From: Octopus sinensis
Taxonomy: Eukaryota
Assembly: GCF_006345805.1 (NCBI RefSeq)
Contig: NC_043003.1
Location: forward strand, 81,344,001 to 81,408,000
Reading direction: 5' to 3'
Length of the DNA: 64,000 nucleotides
Each line of letters opens with the position of its first letter. Within the stretch, counting starts at the first letter, position 1. Of this stretch, positions 37,936 through 53,740 are shown piece by piece. The notes under the pieces are model-generated. The model was not told the DNA's origin, did no database searches, and saw nothing but the letters and a program-made list of their open reading frames with translations. The translations under genes and the position numbers were made by a program.

Positions 37936-40900
37936 TACATACATACCTGCGTACATACGTACATACTCACACATAGCTATTATATAATCGATAGGGGCAG
38001 GTAAATGCATTACTAGCTGCGTAAGTGAAAGACCATTTTCTGCGATGCTATATAGACCTTATAAGTATTATCAAAGAGAGAAGCTGACAGGCTTAATGTA
38101 TGGGAACATGACACTGATAGATGGAATCTCATTATTCAGGAAACAATTGCAATTGAACTTTAATTGTGTTTTCTATTTTAAGCTTTCGATTCGGACATGT
38201 AATTTCTTAAATAAATATCCAACCGTGACAGAAAGCGGAACCATACTTGTCTGTTTTGTAACATATAATGGATTAAGACCGGAAGCTTCGATAAAGTGTT
38301 AAGGTGCAAAAAAGATAGCGGTAGCCAAACTCAACAGAGCTCAATATTTTGTTCGATTTCCTCTTATCCATATTATAAATGATGAATTTCTTCTACTACT
38401 ACTACTACTACTACTACTAGCACCAGCACCACCGCTGCTACTACAGCCACTACCACCACTACTACTACTACCACTACTACTGATACTACTACTAGCACCA
38501 GCACCACCGCTACTACTACAGCCATCACTACTTCTAGTGCCGCCGCCGCCACCAATACTACTACTATTTTTACATGGCTCGTGAGAAACCCTAATTTACT
38601 ATAGATTTTTATTTTATTTTGAGTTTAGTGGAGTGTTTTTTGGCATAAATATACTGCCACTAAATACTCGGTATGATTATTTTTTTTGTCTTTTTTATTC
38701 GATTTCTTTTATTCATTATTATTTTTTTTATATCTTCCTAAGTATCTGAAAGCAATACATCTAAACGTTCACTTGTCTGTCAACACGCAAGCAGATAAAA
38801 AAAATGCAGTATGCAATTCATAAAAGCTTACAATTCAAACAATAGTTTTTTTGTTTTTTTTTTGTTCCCATAGCTGGCTTCTTTTGTAATTCTCTGCACA
38901 ACAAATATTATTTTAGAATTATACATGATTTAGAATTAAGTTGTGATATTTCCTTTTTGGCATTTAACATTTGTAAATATCTCCCTTTCAGTGCCGGCAA
39001 CAGATGACATTTACTTTTTGTTTTCATTCTTTATTTGTTTATTTGTAGAAATATTGCAAACACATAACCATTTCCAATTTCTAATATCATTATCTACCAC
39101 ATCTAAAACTCAAAATATCAAATCTCGCATACCTGTAATTTTCTGTGAATAGAAACACAAGTGACCTAAAATACAATTATTTGTACTGGAATCGGATTAC
39201 AGCTTACAGTGTGACAATATTTAAAGATGGCGGAAATGGCTGAGAGGATAAGGAAACGGTTCAAATGCTTTACGCTATTTCATTCAGTACCTTAACATCC
39301 ATTGCTTTATTGTTCTATACCAGCTTTCATCCTTGCCGCAGTTGATTAAATTAGTTACAGTAAGATCTTAGAGTTGATTCAATAGGTTTATAACTTATAC
39401 CTTTGTAAAACAAAAAAGAAAAAAATAGTCCGATTACCTGAGGTAAATAAATCACTACTTTGTCCTCGTGTAGTATTATTAACTTACTGGAGAGATGTGA
39501 TGCGGTAGTTGCAGTAGAAGATTGGTCAAAATAACTTGTGGTATTTGATCACACTTCTTATAGTAGAAAGTTCAAATCTTTCCGAGGTAGGTCATTTTCT
39601 TTTTTTTTTTTTTTTTTTGCCTTTCATCCTCCCGGATTTGATAAAATAAATACGAACAGTTAAATACTGGGATCGGTAAAATCAAGTGTTCTATACCAGA
39701 ATATGTATGACCAGTATTAAGAATCAATATTATTTTACTGGAGTGTGATGTTGCGCTAGAATTTGGAGAAAACAAGTTACAATGACTTCAGATAATTGAG
39801 TTACATCTAATATCGTATATCGCTGAAGTTGACTTGGCATTTCACCTCTCAGTCTTCGGTAAAAATAAGTACAAGTCTTGTACATTAATCTGTTTAATAT
39901 ACTTTATTTACCACCCACCCTAGAATTTATAGCATTATGTCAATGCAAGAAATTATCGTTAATATTAATTTGCAAAATTAATATTCATATGCATGAATGA
40001 GGTTGATGAGTAGAATTAATAACCAAGGGATCCAAATTTTCTATCATGTTTGGATTCTTTGATGGTAGTCTTAATTTTGTCACTCGGTTTAACTCCATCA
40101 TTTGATCCCAGTAGACCTTTAGAAGAGTTTACTCTATTGCAAGCATTTAAGGCCAGGTGTCTGATCCGAGTGTAATTTCCACTTTTCCTCTTATCTGAAC
40201 TATATGCTGCGAAAAATGTCATGGATGCTGTCCCGCCTACTCTGACAAACTCATTAAACATAAAACAAACTGGAAATCGCCATTCTTAACATAGATCGCT
40301 AGAATTCAGTGGTGGCCGTGTACACACGTTAAAAATTAATACTGAATGTATATAGTTACAATTAACTCGAGTCATTGTTATACATTGCTGTGTTTCATCG
40401 AGCATAGACAGATAAAACGTGAAGTTGGTACTGGTAGGATTTGAAATTAGAATGTAAGAGGTTACAACTGAATGCAGAAAGCGCATTTACTCTCATGATT
40501 GGCCATTGTATTTTTGCAAATGTATTTTAGTATCTTATTGAAGCACACATTTGTAAATTACAATAGAAGAGCGAGATTGTTTCGTGTCCTTATCATTTTT
40601 GTTAATCCTATTCGTATACTTATAATAACGTAATCCTAGATGCATTGTCTCAGATGCAGTGATAGCGAATGAAATATCCTTGAACTTAGGCCCACTTAAT
40701 CAGTAAAATGACAGAACAAACAACATCGTATATGCATATGAAATATTTATTTTCCAAGTGAGGATAGAAGCCAAGTTCGATATTTTACTCGACAAACATA
40801 TATTTCTATTTGTTTCAGCAACTAGAAAGCTAAAGAAATCTGTATGGTTTTCTGGTGGTCATACGTAACATTATTTAAAAATTATTTTTCGTTTGTGAAT

Positions 40901-41444
40901 CGAAAGAATTGTAAGTTCGATTCAGAAGCGTTATCTTTACAGTAAAAATCATATCATCTTTACCACAACCGCCACAATCATGAGACAACATATAGACGAG
41001 GCTATCACATCCACATGGTAATTGATCCATCCAAATTTCGGACCACACGCAGTATTTATAGTTACAGGAGAAAAAGATACGTTGCATAATGTTCTGTAAA
41101 CCAACTAAAATAAAGGAGCGGTCACTAATGGAATCTGAAGACAGGTTTGCTCAAATAGGATTGATATGGGTCTAGCGACAAAGCTACCACCGTAACCTAC
41201 AACAGCAAGTCAACGGGTCAGTAACTTAGGGATCTTCGACGTGTCATCAAATCATATACATCTGTAAAGAAAGGTAATATACGTTGGCTAGTTTACTCTT
41301 ATACATACAACTGAAGTGTCTTCGATCATATGTCTGCTCAACAAGGGATAGTTCATGGCTAAAAAGACAACAGTAGTAACAAGAACAACAAATATTACTC
41401 TAACATCATGGGAAAAACAATATGAGTGACGAACAGATTTAAGA

Positions 41445-41489
<45 letters not shown>

Positions 41490-41945
41490 CGTCTAGATGA
41501 TTCTATAAAATCATTTATTGCATATCGATATCTATGTGTAGCCGATATTGTAAGGATTGCTTTCTTGATTATATTACTGGATGAAAAGTGAAAATTGAAT
41601 CAGTTTCCCAATAATTGATAAAATTCATTAGAAACTCATGAAGTTTATTATATTGGATTATATTGACTGAATGCTGAATAAATATACTCGAGACAGCGAC
41701 TGTTCAACTAACGGAAACTGACAGTGTCCACTTCAAAAGAGAAATTCGAGAATTCACATCCTGTTGTTGACCAAGTGTAGAAAAAGTAAACTTAGCCACG
41801 ATTGCATACGTGTACATGTACAAGCATTCATACAAAGAAAGAAAGTCACATACACAAGTACACATACACACACATGCACATAATGTGAGTATATTCGCAA
41901 ACAGATATCCAGTAAAACATGTATACTTAGACTTATATATTTGTG

Positions 41946-41996
<51 letters not shown>

Positions 41997-42183
41997 GAAT
42001 ATATATATGTATATTTGTATGTGTGCATGTATATGTTCTCTCATACTAACATTTGCATAAAGATACACGCGAACATACTACTCTAGTACAAATACAAACA
42101 CGCATAAACGAATATATATATATATATACACACACACAGAGATATACGAATATATATATATACACACACACACAGATATACGA

Positions 42184-42214
<31 letters not shown>

Positions 42215-42522
42215 CAGAGAGAGATAAAGTGAAACAGACAAGGGAGAGAGAGACAGTTCGTATCATTATGCATATACATGTATATGCATGCACTCATCAC
42301 AAGCGAACATTTTTGGGGGGCTCAGTTCAACAAACCAACTCGAAAAATAATCCCACGGCGGATCAAACATTTAAGCTTTTTATTAAAGAATCTTGATCTC
42401 AGTAAAGATGCCTCCTTTATGTTTATGAACAACTTGCAATGATCTAAGTAGTAACCTTTCTGGGGGGGTTTTTTGCAGTACGTTTGTATGATGCAATATA
42501 GCTTGCCGTAGACCAAATATGA

Positions 42523-42911
42523 GTGGAAGCACTCCGTCGGTACGAGGATGAGGGTTCCGGTTGATCCGAATCAACGGAACAGCCTGCTCGTGAACTTAAC
42601 GTGTTTGTGGCTGAGCACTCCACAGACACGTGCACCCTTAACGTAGTTCTCGGGGATATTCAGCGTGACACAGAGAGTGACTAGGCCGGCCCCTTGAAAT
42701 ACAAGTACAACAGAAACAGGAAGTAAGAGTGAGAGAAAGTTGTGGTGAAAGAGTACATCAGGGATCACCACCATCCCCTGCCGGAGCCTCGTGGAGCTTT
42801 TTTAGGTGTTTTCGCTCAATAAACACTCACAACGCCCGGTCTGGGAATCGAAACCGCGATCCTATGACCGCGAGTCCGCTGCCCTAACCACTGGGCCATT
42901 GCGCCTCCACA
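42523..42911 (-). mobile_element. tRNA-derived SINE family D, tail type 4, with 11-bp TSD
   Basis: Head homologous to 12130; TSD ACCAAATATGA at 42512-22 and 42912-22. Confidence 0.9.
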
Positions 42912-43377
42912 ACCAAATATGAACACACCATTCAAGCTGAAGAGGGCCAATGCTTCAAACTTCACGATTATCTGAAAAGTAAAACACACGTCTGAGTAAC
43001 AGCCGAAGAACTCATTAACTAACCCATGCACAAGTGTGTGCGTTTGTGTGTGGATGTATGAGTGTGTGTGTATGTGTGTATGACTGTGTATGCGTTTATG
43101 ACTGTGTATGTGCCCGCGCTTACGTATTACGACATATATATGTTGGTAGTAACATATACTGACAGCTTTATTTTGAGATATATAATCGCATATTCGCATT
43201 CCTAAATTAGTAATTCTACGAAATATCAATAAAGTAAATAACAGGCTCAAATAATTTCCAGGTTCGATATTTGCAATTAAATCCTCGTCGTTGGTGTCCA
43301 ATAACTAAAACTAATTAAAGAAAATGTATGCATACAAAATGCATGTATGCTATTGTTTAAAATATGTATCTATATGG

Positions 43378-43536
43378 ACGCTGGCGTGACTGTGTGGCAA
43401 GAAGCTTGCTTCACAGACACATGGTTCCGGCTTTAGTCCCGCTGCGTGGCACCATGGGCAAGTGTCTTCTACTATAGCCTCGGATCAACAAAAGGCTTTG
43501 TGAGTGGATCTGGTAGACGGTAACTGAAAGAAGCCC

Positions 43537-43570
<34 letters not shown>

Positions 43571-43742
43571 CGCAGGGGTGGCTGTGTGGTAAGTAGCTTG
43601 CTTACTAACCACATGGTTCTAGGTTCAGTCCCACTGCGTGGCACCTTGGGCGATTGCCTTCTACTATATCTTCGGACCGACCAAAGCCTTGTGACTGGAT
43701 TTGGTAGATGGAAACTGAAAGAAGACCGTCGTATATATATAT

Positions 43743-43801
<59 letters not shown>

Positions 43802-44140
43802 GTGTGTATGGATATGTTTGTGTGTCTGTGTTTGTCCCCCATCATCGCTTGCTGGTGTGTTTACGTCGCCGTAACTTAGCGGTTCGGCAAAAGAGACCGA
43901 TAGAATAAGTACTAGGCTTACAAAGAATAAATCCTGCGGTCGGTTTGCTCGACTAAATGTGGTGCTCCAGTGTGGCCGCAGTCAAATGACTGCAACAAAT
44001 AAAAGAATGAAAGAATATGTGTGTGTGTGTGTGTGTGTGTGTTTCTGTCTGTGTTTGTTCCCCCACCACCATTGCTAGAAAACCGATGAGGTGCTCCAGC
44101 ATGGCTGCAGGCAAATGACTAAAACAAGTAAAAAAAATTA
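43378..44140 (+). mobile_element. Nested/tandem SINE family A copies with internal (TA)n
   Basis: Two heads (about 43380 and 43568) and two GGTGCTCCAG.ATGG..GCAG..AAATGACT tails. Confidence 0.85.
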
Positions 44141-45251
44141 AAATATACATATGTGTGACTGTTTACCTGTATATATGCATGTATATATGTATATATGCAT
44201 GTGTGTATGTATGCATGTATGTTTGCATGCATGTATATGTGTGTGTATGTATGTACGTATATCGAGATTGGTATCGGAGAATCCAAGTATGAAATATTAT
44301 TAATGATATAAGAAAATTTAGGATGTAATATTCGATAACATAATTAATTTAGCACAAAATATCCATATAATAATTGATTAAATCAAGCTTGTTCCTATAT
44401 TATTACATACTCAATATTATTATATAATTATTACTTCATGCACGTTTTTAAACTTCTGTTTTTATCGAAATCCTCTCTGGATATCATAATCAGCTTATAG
44501 TATATTGATTTTTCTGATTGGCACAAGGACAGAAATTTGTAGAGGAGGTGTATTATAAATCAAATTGATTTCATTAGATGCTTGATATTTATTTTATCAC
44601 CGTTAGACTTATGTAATTTATATTGAACTCATGACATCAAGTAAAAATGCTGAATTTGCACCCTTATTAAAATAGTTTCGTACATTAGCGAAGTGGGGAT
44701 TATAGTTGATAATATTGTCTCACTATTTTTCCACTGGTAAGGTTTAATAAGATTGAAAGATACCCAGTTTCCCAAGAATCATCCTCATTCTTCATCAAAT
44801 TCTCCTTTTAAATTCAAATTCAAGAGTTATCACCCTTACTCTTCTTGACCTGGGCTTGTCATTAAGATTATGCCTTTCTCCTTTCTTCTATACAAGAGTA
44901 ATTTTTTAAATTAAACTCTTTTTTACTGACTGCATTCAATGTTTTAATGCACAATTTATCACTTATTTTATGGAATTGGAAAGCTGGAAAGCAAGACTAG
45001 AAGGCAAGGTTGTATCACACAGGTGTGTGTGTGTGTTCTATGTCACTGTCTGTGCGCAGGTGTGTGTACGTGTGAGTGTTTATGCACGCGTGCATCTGTA
45101 CAAATGTGTAATCTATATTACAAAAATTGAAGTACATTAGGTACTGATGTGATTTAGCTATTACTTTCAAAACCATTACGAGGCATTTTTGTGTTATGAG
45201 ATTTGTATTTATCAACTAATAAACTACGGCATTACCGATTACACTATTGAT

Positions 45252-45755
45252 CAGCGGTCTTCAACTGGAATCCATATGGCTTTTGGTGATCCGTATCCGA
45301 TTTTGTTGTTAAAATTTATTTTGAATAAATTGGTTATTCTTCTACAATGCACAAAATATATTAACAATTTTTTAAATACAATTCCTAATAATATAGAATC
45401 ATAAAAACATAAAAGGATTCTTTAAATATTGAATCGTTAGGAAGGTCTACCCGAAGGCGGCGAGCTAACAGAAATGCTAGCACGCCGGACGAAATGCTTT
45501 GCGGTATTTCGTCCATCGCTGCGTTCTGAGTTCAAATTCCGCGAGGTCCACTTTGCCTTTCATCCTTTCGGGGTCGATTAAATAAGTACTAGTTACGCAC
45601 TGGGGTTGATATAATCGACTTAATCTATTTGTCTGTCCTTGTTTGTCCTCTCTGTGTTTAGCCCCTTGTGGGTAGTAAAGTAATAGGAAGATCCACCCAA
45701 ATAAAGCAGGGATCAAAGAAGCCAATAGGTACAAAAGAGGAGTTGAGAAACACTG
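45252..45755. mobile_element. hAT-type MITE with 8-bp TSD, interrupted by a SINE family B copy (45456-45683)
   Basis: TIR CAGCGGTCTTCAAC / GTTGAGAAACACTG; TSD CTATTGAT / CTATAGAT; SINE TSD TAGGAAGGTCTACCCGAA / TAGGAAGATCCACCCAAA. Confidence 0.8.
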
Positions 45756-46267
45756 CTATAGATTGATGTAGCCAAAAAATATTATGAGAGCCAGTAAGAA
45801 TGTCAACAAGTGTCGTTTATTCATATATATTTTTGCGTAGTCCAAAGTCTATCATGATCAAAGCAGAAAGAATTACTATCAAAAGTGTGCAAATTCTGCC
45901 AAACACAGCCATTTATTCCACCATAGAGTGTTTAGTACTGAATATATTTCCTGTATTTTTAAGACGGTAAAGTTTCTTTTGATGGCAATACACCTACGAA
46001 TTCTCGTCTGTGTGAGCGACCAGGTAGAGTCGCATTTGTAGGATCAGAGAAAGGATAGGCGTACAAGCAGAATTGATAATCATTAATATGTAAGCAGAAG
46101 TGAGCTTTTAGCTTCACAATATAGATCATTTCAGTTTGTCTCGATTTGCGTCAACGATTTCCTTTCTAGCTTAGATGTTAGATCTAGCGCAAGTTCATAA
46201 CATAGCCGATCGTTTGAAGAATGATGCTAAAACTCGTGCAAGCAATTATTAAGTAAGAAATGCAACA

Positions 46268-46307
<40 letters not shown>

Positions 46308-46559
46308 CAATGAATATATTATTGTTGCTGTATAGATACTTTATGTACATGAACGGATTTAAGACATGTACTACTCTTTGTCCTCGAACTATATACAAAA
46401 GTCGTTAATCACTTGTGAATCACCCGTATTTAATGTCATTAAAAGGAAAATAACATATTATTTTAATCTAATTATACTTTCCAACAAAAATTGAATAAAA
46501 ATAAAATTTTAAACAGAACGATATTTAAGGCTTAATAACATATAATTCTATGTGTAATA

Positions 46560-46585
46560 TATATGTGGCTACGTCTATACGTATA

Positions 46586-46618
<33 letters not shown>

Positions 46619-46682
46619 GTACGTACATACATACATAAACGCATATATATATATATATAGTATATGTGTATGTACGTGTGAG

Positions 46683-46713
<31 letters not shown>

Positions 46714-46717
46714 ATAT

Positions 46718-46761
<44 letters not shown>

Positions 46762-47049
46762 CCATATACATGTGTGTGTATGTATGTATGTATAAATGTA
46801 TGTACATACATGTATGTACATGTCTATTTATATATACAGACATATATAGCTCTTTCTATATGTGTGTATGAGTGTGTATGTGCCTGTGAGTCTCTGTGTG
46901 TGTTTGTAGTGCGAATTCTATATAATACACAATATTTTTGGTACGTAAATTTTATGCATGTATATATGAATTGTACATTGTAAACTATACTCGTTGCATT
47001 CTGCATATGTATCTACATATTAATGTATATAGATACACACACACACACA

Positions 47050-47121
<72 letters not shown>

Positions 47122-47462
47122 TAGATAGATAGATATACACACATCCATCCATACATACATATATATATACGTATTTATATACAAATATATGTATGTCCAT
47201 ATGTAAGAATCTATTATATATGCATGCATACATGCATACATGAATGCATAGATATGTATGGATATTTGCATGGATATAAGCATGTACAAATATATGTATG
47301 CATGCATGTACATGTGTGCGTGCGTGTAAATATATATATATACATATATCATACATATATACATACATATATATATGTATATATGTATATATATGTATAT
47401 ATATATATATATATTATGTATATATATATATATATATGTGTATATATATATATATAATAATA

Positions 47463-47533
<71 letters not shown>

Positions 47534-48032
47534 TATATTATATATATATATATATATTGGTGCTTATTTCTGTGTTTATATAATTGCAATAATTGTAGCC
47601 TGTCTCGACGGAATATGTGAACATTGCTGCTATACAGAAATACATTATATTCATAATTGATTTTATTACGCTCAAGCTGTTAGCTACATAGCACGGCAAG
47701 TATGTCAGATGTTCATTAAAAATAAAGGAACGCCTTTGATGATGTGTAAATTGAATGTTTCACCTCTAATTGGGATATTTTCTACTAGAAGAAAAAAAAT
47801 AAAGTATCATTTATAGTAAAATGAAATTTAATGATATATAACGTACACACATTTGCACACACGTACATATAAATACAGTTATAAATATACAACTCACACA
47901 CATATATATATACACACATACACATATCCATATATGTGCATACATATATTTGAGTTTGCGCGTATGTATGAATATGTGTGTGCGTATATATGTATAAATG
48001 TAGGTATATATATATATAAACACACATATATA

Positions 48033-48065
<33 letters not shown>

Positions 48066-48124
48066 ATATTCGTACCTTTATATACATGTGTTTATGTATG
48101 TGAATGTGGGTTTAGATGCAGATC

Positions 48125-48212
<88 letters not shown>

Positions 48213-48330
48213 TATATATGTGTGTCTGTTTATGTATGTACGTTTGTATATATGAATGGATGGATGATATTGTATGTATGCATATATATATTATATATAC
48301 GCATACATATATATATACATATATATGTAA
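46560..48330. repeat. Very long compound (TA)n/(TAGA)n/(TATG)n microsatellite field
   Basis: Directly visible. Confidence 0.95.
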
Positions 48331-48934
48331 ATTGTAGGCAATCTGTGTTTTGTTTTGTTTTTTAACTCACCTAATTTCCATCTAAAAAGCTTCCTTCTTT
48401 TAAAATCAGGAAACATGACTTGTTAGTAATTAACATTTTAATACTAACTTGGGTTGTAAATTAGAAGATATATTACCTGCCATTGACTACAGGTTTTGTT
48501 TTTTTCTTTTATTTTTTGTTTCATGTCGAACAGATAGAAATAAATTTGTTGAAAAATAATATCAATTATGTTTTAATTTTTCTCTTAATTTCTTTATTTT
48601 ATAATGCAGTAAAATATTTTCAACAATATCAGTATCTTTTTTTATTGCTATACAATTCTAAATTACGTACATTTAACTCTGATTTCAATTAAATATGTGG
48701 GAAGTTATTAGTCTACCTAATACATAAAACTGATTGATTTTAAATATATTCAAGTTTGTCAAACAACTTACAATTTCTATTACTCTAAAAAAAACACCCA
48801 CTAAATTTATAATGTTTTATAATGTTTCTCTACAAAGGAGTAAACAGTACTTGTCGGCTTGTTAATACTAACGAAGGACAGTATATACTGAAAGTCAATT
48901 TTATTTCTTGTAATTTATTCTCTGCAGATAGATT

Positions 48935-49352
48935 GTGAGCTGGCAGAATCCGTAATATGCCAGAGAAAAATGCAGAGCGGCAGTTTTTTTTTTTAACCTT
49001 CTTTTTAGGATTTATATTCTGTGTTCAAATTTCGCCCTATTCGACTTAGCCTTTTATCCTTTTACGGTCGATTGAATATAATGGCCGTTGCGGTTTGGAG
49101 TCATTGTAATCGACTAATCTCTCCACCCACGAGCTGGCAGAAACGTTAGCACGCCGGGCGAAATGCGTAGCCGTATTTCGTCTGTCGTTACGTTGTGAGT
49201 TCAAATTCCGCCGAGGTCGACTTTGCCTTTCATCCTTTCGGGGTCTATAAATAAAGTACCAGTTACGCACTGGCGTTGATGTAATCGACTTAATCCCTTT
49301 GTCTGTCCTTGTTTGTCCCCTCTATGTTTAGCCCCTTGTGGGCAATAAAAAA
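48935..49352 (+). mobile_element. Old SINE family B copy followed by a young copy (49130-49352)
   Basis: GAGCTGGCAGAAACGTTAGCACGCCGGGCGAAATG...TTTAGCCCCTTGTGGG. Confidence 0.85.
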
Positions 49353-52240
49353 AATATCCCTTCACCCACACCCCTTCAAGTGCTCTACCTAATGTACGAA
49401 GAACTGCTTGAATTTATACTTCCTGTTTTTTTCAAGTCAGTCTCAATTTAGTCAGATCTGGAAACTATTTAATGACAATGCAAACGGTTACTTGCTCAAG
49501 CTTTCCAGGCTTGAAGTAAATTCCCTGGGTGATATTAGAAAAAAAAAATGCTTCCATCTTTTTTTTTTCCTTTTGTAAAAATATTAAATAAATATCTGGG
49601 GTTTTTTTTCAAGTATATTGTAATGCTTCGGAAAACGGGCCTACATGTTTGCAACTAGTCGAACTCCGTTAAATGCCCCCAAAGGGTATTAAGCCGGGTA
49701 ATGTTCACTCTGAATGACATACTCACAGTTTCCATCTGCTAAGTACTCACAAGGTTTTCATTAACTAAACATATAGTGAGATATGACGACAGTTTCCTAC
49801 GATGTGGTACTGTGGGATGGAACCAAAAATTACTTAGTTTCAAAGGGCACCTCTTAACCACACAATCATACTTGCGCTTCTTTTTCTATCTTTAAAAATA
49901 AGAAACTTCTGGATCTTGTCAAATAAATCCAGCTTCAAGAATCCACGGACTTTGAAGGAAATAGTTTTGTGCTCCGGTCACATTATGCTCTATTCATTTT
50001 TCTAAAATCGAAGAATCGAAGTGAGCTTTGATATCATTGTCAAATCATTGTGACATGAAAGACAAAGTTACTCACGATTACCTTTGAGGTTGACATAAAG
50101 ATGTTTATTTTACTTGGTTTCTATAAATTTAGTCAGAAGGCAAAACCACTTTAAACATAATAGTACATTTTGAAGTCGTATACGCTGTCTACATCAACTT
50201 TAGTTTCAAGACAATGTCTGAAGTTTATTTGTAGTGCAAGTTAAAGAAGGCAATAAAAATATTAAAATTCAAAGAATTCATTTATTTTTTCTTCTTCTTC
50301 AAGATTGTCATCGAGCCAAGTATCCTATAGAGTGCTATTGTTATAAATTGTTGCTTTTCACGATGTAACTTACGAAGTGCGGCTGATAGAAATACGCTCT
50401 CTCTCTTTCCAATGCTGTCGTTTTAAAAAGAAAGGATTATTTTGAGGCCAATACTTAATTTGACTTGTAATGAAAAAATTCAAAAAGCATCAATAAACTT
50501 GACACAAATTGTTAGGGAGTCAATCATAATATCATTGTGACAATTCACAATAAACACGAACCTTTATCTTAAATGTTAGCAGAGCATACAACGTTGGTAT
50601 TTCCAACAATATACTCATCTCGTTCACTCTCGAAGCAAACTTTAGATGCTTTTCTTTTCATTATCAATAAATAAATAAATTATATGAAATATTGAAAATA
50701 AGCAAAATTATATATTAAGATATGAAAATTTTTACATGTTTTATAAACAGGAATAAAATCAGCTTTCTTGCAGCAATTTTTGATGTTTTTATGTATTTGT
50801 AGTTTTAATTTCCTTTATATATATATATTTTTTTTTGTATCAAGCTGTGAAAACATGTGTTCAAACAAAACACAGCAGGAAGAAAGGAAACTGAACGAGA
50901 AATGCATTTCTTAAATTTTCTCCGCTGTTTACTAATTTATTCTTTGCTTTCGATATAGTTTCTGCTATTTAATCATAAAATGACAGGTACGAATTGTTTG
51001 AAGCTGAAGTATTGAACATATACGTCAAACACTTACCCAATATATTTTGATATAGGACAGTAAACACAATTATATAATGTGGCTATGCATATAGTATGCA
51101 TGTTGTGTGTGTAAGTGCGTTCATATGTCTATGTATAATGCATGTATATTTATACAGATATACATGCTTATATATATATATATATGTGTGTGTGTATACA
51201 TTTATATACATGTATGTATATACATATTCACATAGATGTACACATATATGTGGGCGTGTAGTAATAACCAAAAATAAATCTTGTATAGAATTTACAAATA
51301 TTATAATGCCCCGCTACGCGCTTTTCTGCAAGCTCCATGTTTCTTAAGTTCATAGTCCGTATTCCTAGGATGAATACAGTGCAGTCCATAGTATTCATGG
51401 GCATCGGGTAGATCATGTTCATGCATTCATTTCTTCGGCCGAAATAGCATCAATAAATGTTTAGCTGAAGACTGTTTACCAATTTCGACCATTTGTTTAC
51501 CAGTTTTGCTCGGGGTATGTAGGCATTTCTGCGTGTGTATATTTGGTGGGAAGGTGATAGAAAGAAAGGAAGGAATGCTAGTTATAATGAGGTGGAGGTG
51601 TGTATGATGATGTTGGACTTATTTTGCTATTTGAGTATGCAGATGTCAGGATGGGTAGCATGGTTCCTTTGTTTGATCTTATTCCCAGCAGGCCCCCATC
51701 TCAATGAATACAAAGTAGTCGAATCAGTAAATATACCCATTACAGCAACCCAGTTGTTGTTCATTATCTGAGTTGACATATGTTACTTTGTTAAAATGAC
51801 CTTTTAATTCCTTTTGTTGGTATAATGGTATAGCATATATCATATGAAAATTGTGGGTTTTTTTTATTATTTAGTTGCTTGTGCTCTTCCCTTGTTCTGT
51901 TATATGTTAAAGGTGGTTAGTGTTTTTCTACTTCAAAATGTGTTTGCTTTTTTTTTTTTTTTGGCTTCGAATTCTAGGAACGCTGCCTTGTTTTTATGCT
52001 TACATGATATGATAACTTTGAAATGTCTATTAATTATGTTTTCTCTTGATGTGATGATCTCCCGCGTTTTGTCTTGACATAAGCTGTACACCTACGATGT
52101 TCTGCTGTAAGGTTGGATATTGATGAAGAGTGCGAATGTAAACAAAAATGATTGGGATAATTTCACTATGACTAGAATTTTCACTATGACTCCCTTCGTG
52201 GCAAACGGAATCTATAAATACTCAACTGCATTTATTATAA

Positions 52241-52271
<31 letters not shown>

Positions 52272-53394
52272 GTCATGTATGTATATATGTGTGTGTACGT
52301 ATGTATGTCCTTGTTCAGTTTCATTTCCAGATTTCTTACCAATAGAGAAAGAGCCGGTTTCTAATCTGGATCCAAGGCTCCTTTATTGGAATTTCAACAT
52401 CAACAACAGGGTATTTTTGTTTGTTTGTATGTAAATATGTATGCGTGTATGTATAGGCATATGTGCGTATATGTATGCGTTTGCTTACATATATATTGCA
52501 TATAAGCATAAATATAAAGTATGTCTAGTTTATATAGTTATACAAATATATATGTAACATGATATATATATTTATACTCGTACACACACAAACACATAAA
52601 CACAAATACACACACATACATATATACATATATACACACACATACGCATATATATATATACACATACATACACATATATAATAGTATAATAGTGCATGTC
52701 GATGGCTGGTTTCTGATCATTTAAGTATCTGTGGTGGTCGTCTTTTTTTAGTTACAGTTTGTGTATTTAATCATGCAGCAAGTGTTGTTCTGTATAAAAT
52801 ATTGAATTTATTGATTTGTTTGTTCAGTGCAGTCTGGAGATTTTACAATTGTGTCAGTATTTATAGACAACAAAGGGAGATTTGGCACTGACCAGGTCAA
52901 TATGTTTGAGAAGGTGTTTGATTCTAATGGCCCAAGTTTCATCCGGCAGACTTATGATCAAAGACTTTTTTATTTTTTTCATTTTCCAGTTTTAGAATCG
53001 TACCACATGGTGTGTTTTAATGAGAATGGCTGCTATTTCCAGCAATTCAAGTGTCTTTATTAACTTCATTTATTTGTTCCTGCTGTTGTTGTAGTTATCG
53101 TTGTTGTCTAACTCCAAATCAATCTTAATTAGATATTCCCATACTCAAAAACATTCTATGTCCATCCTATCTTTTCACAAACTAATTTATCTCTAATGTG
53201 TAATTTCCCTTTTTTTAAGACGGTTCAATATCATTTGAGAGATAATTTATTTGCTATTTCTAGCAAAGAGAACGACTATGTAGAAGCTTCCTCATTGCCA
53301 TGACCGTCTCATTACACAGTAACACGATTTTTGTCCCTGGGTAGCAACTGATAGTTCCTATTTGCTTATCCCTAGAAAGTGTGAAAAATGGCTA

Positions 53395-53740
53395 ATATTT
53401 CCTTTAAACTTTGCTTTTGTTACATTTATTAAAATCTCAAAGAATGCCTCCCAACATATGGCTATGATATTTCTCCACTACTCATGCTCAGAGATACACA
53501 CATTGACAGCCATTAAGTGGCTAAGGTGTAGCAACTGACAAGAAAATCTGTGGTGTGGAACAGAATATTTGCTATAATTATATTTCTGCGTCAGCAACTA
53601 AGTGCTGAGTCTGTCTGAAGTGTAATGGAAAACAGGTTAGTTTCAAAACAGTGATGTCTAAGATCACAAAAGCAAAGTTTGAAGAGAATAGTAGTCCTTT
53701 CCTTTTATTTCTGGTTAAAAGTAAATAGGAAATAACACTT
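53395..53740 (+). repeat. Dispersed repeat homologous to 28135-28500
   Basis: See 28135. Confidence 0.8.

Noticed and set aside
40016-40261. 81-aa ORF on -
   Set aside because: No recognisable domain; the + strand weakly resembles a decayed LINE ORF2, too weak to call
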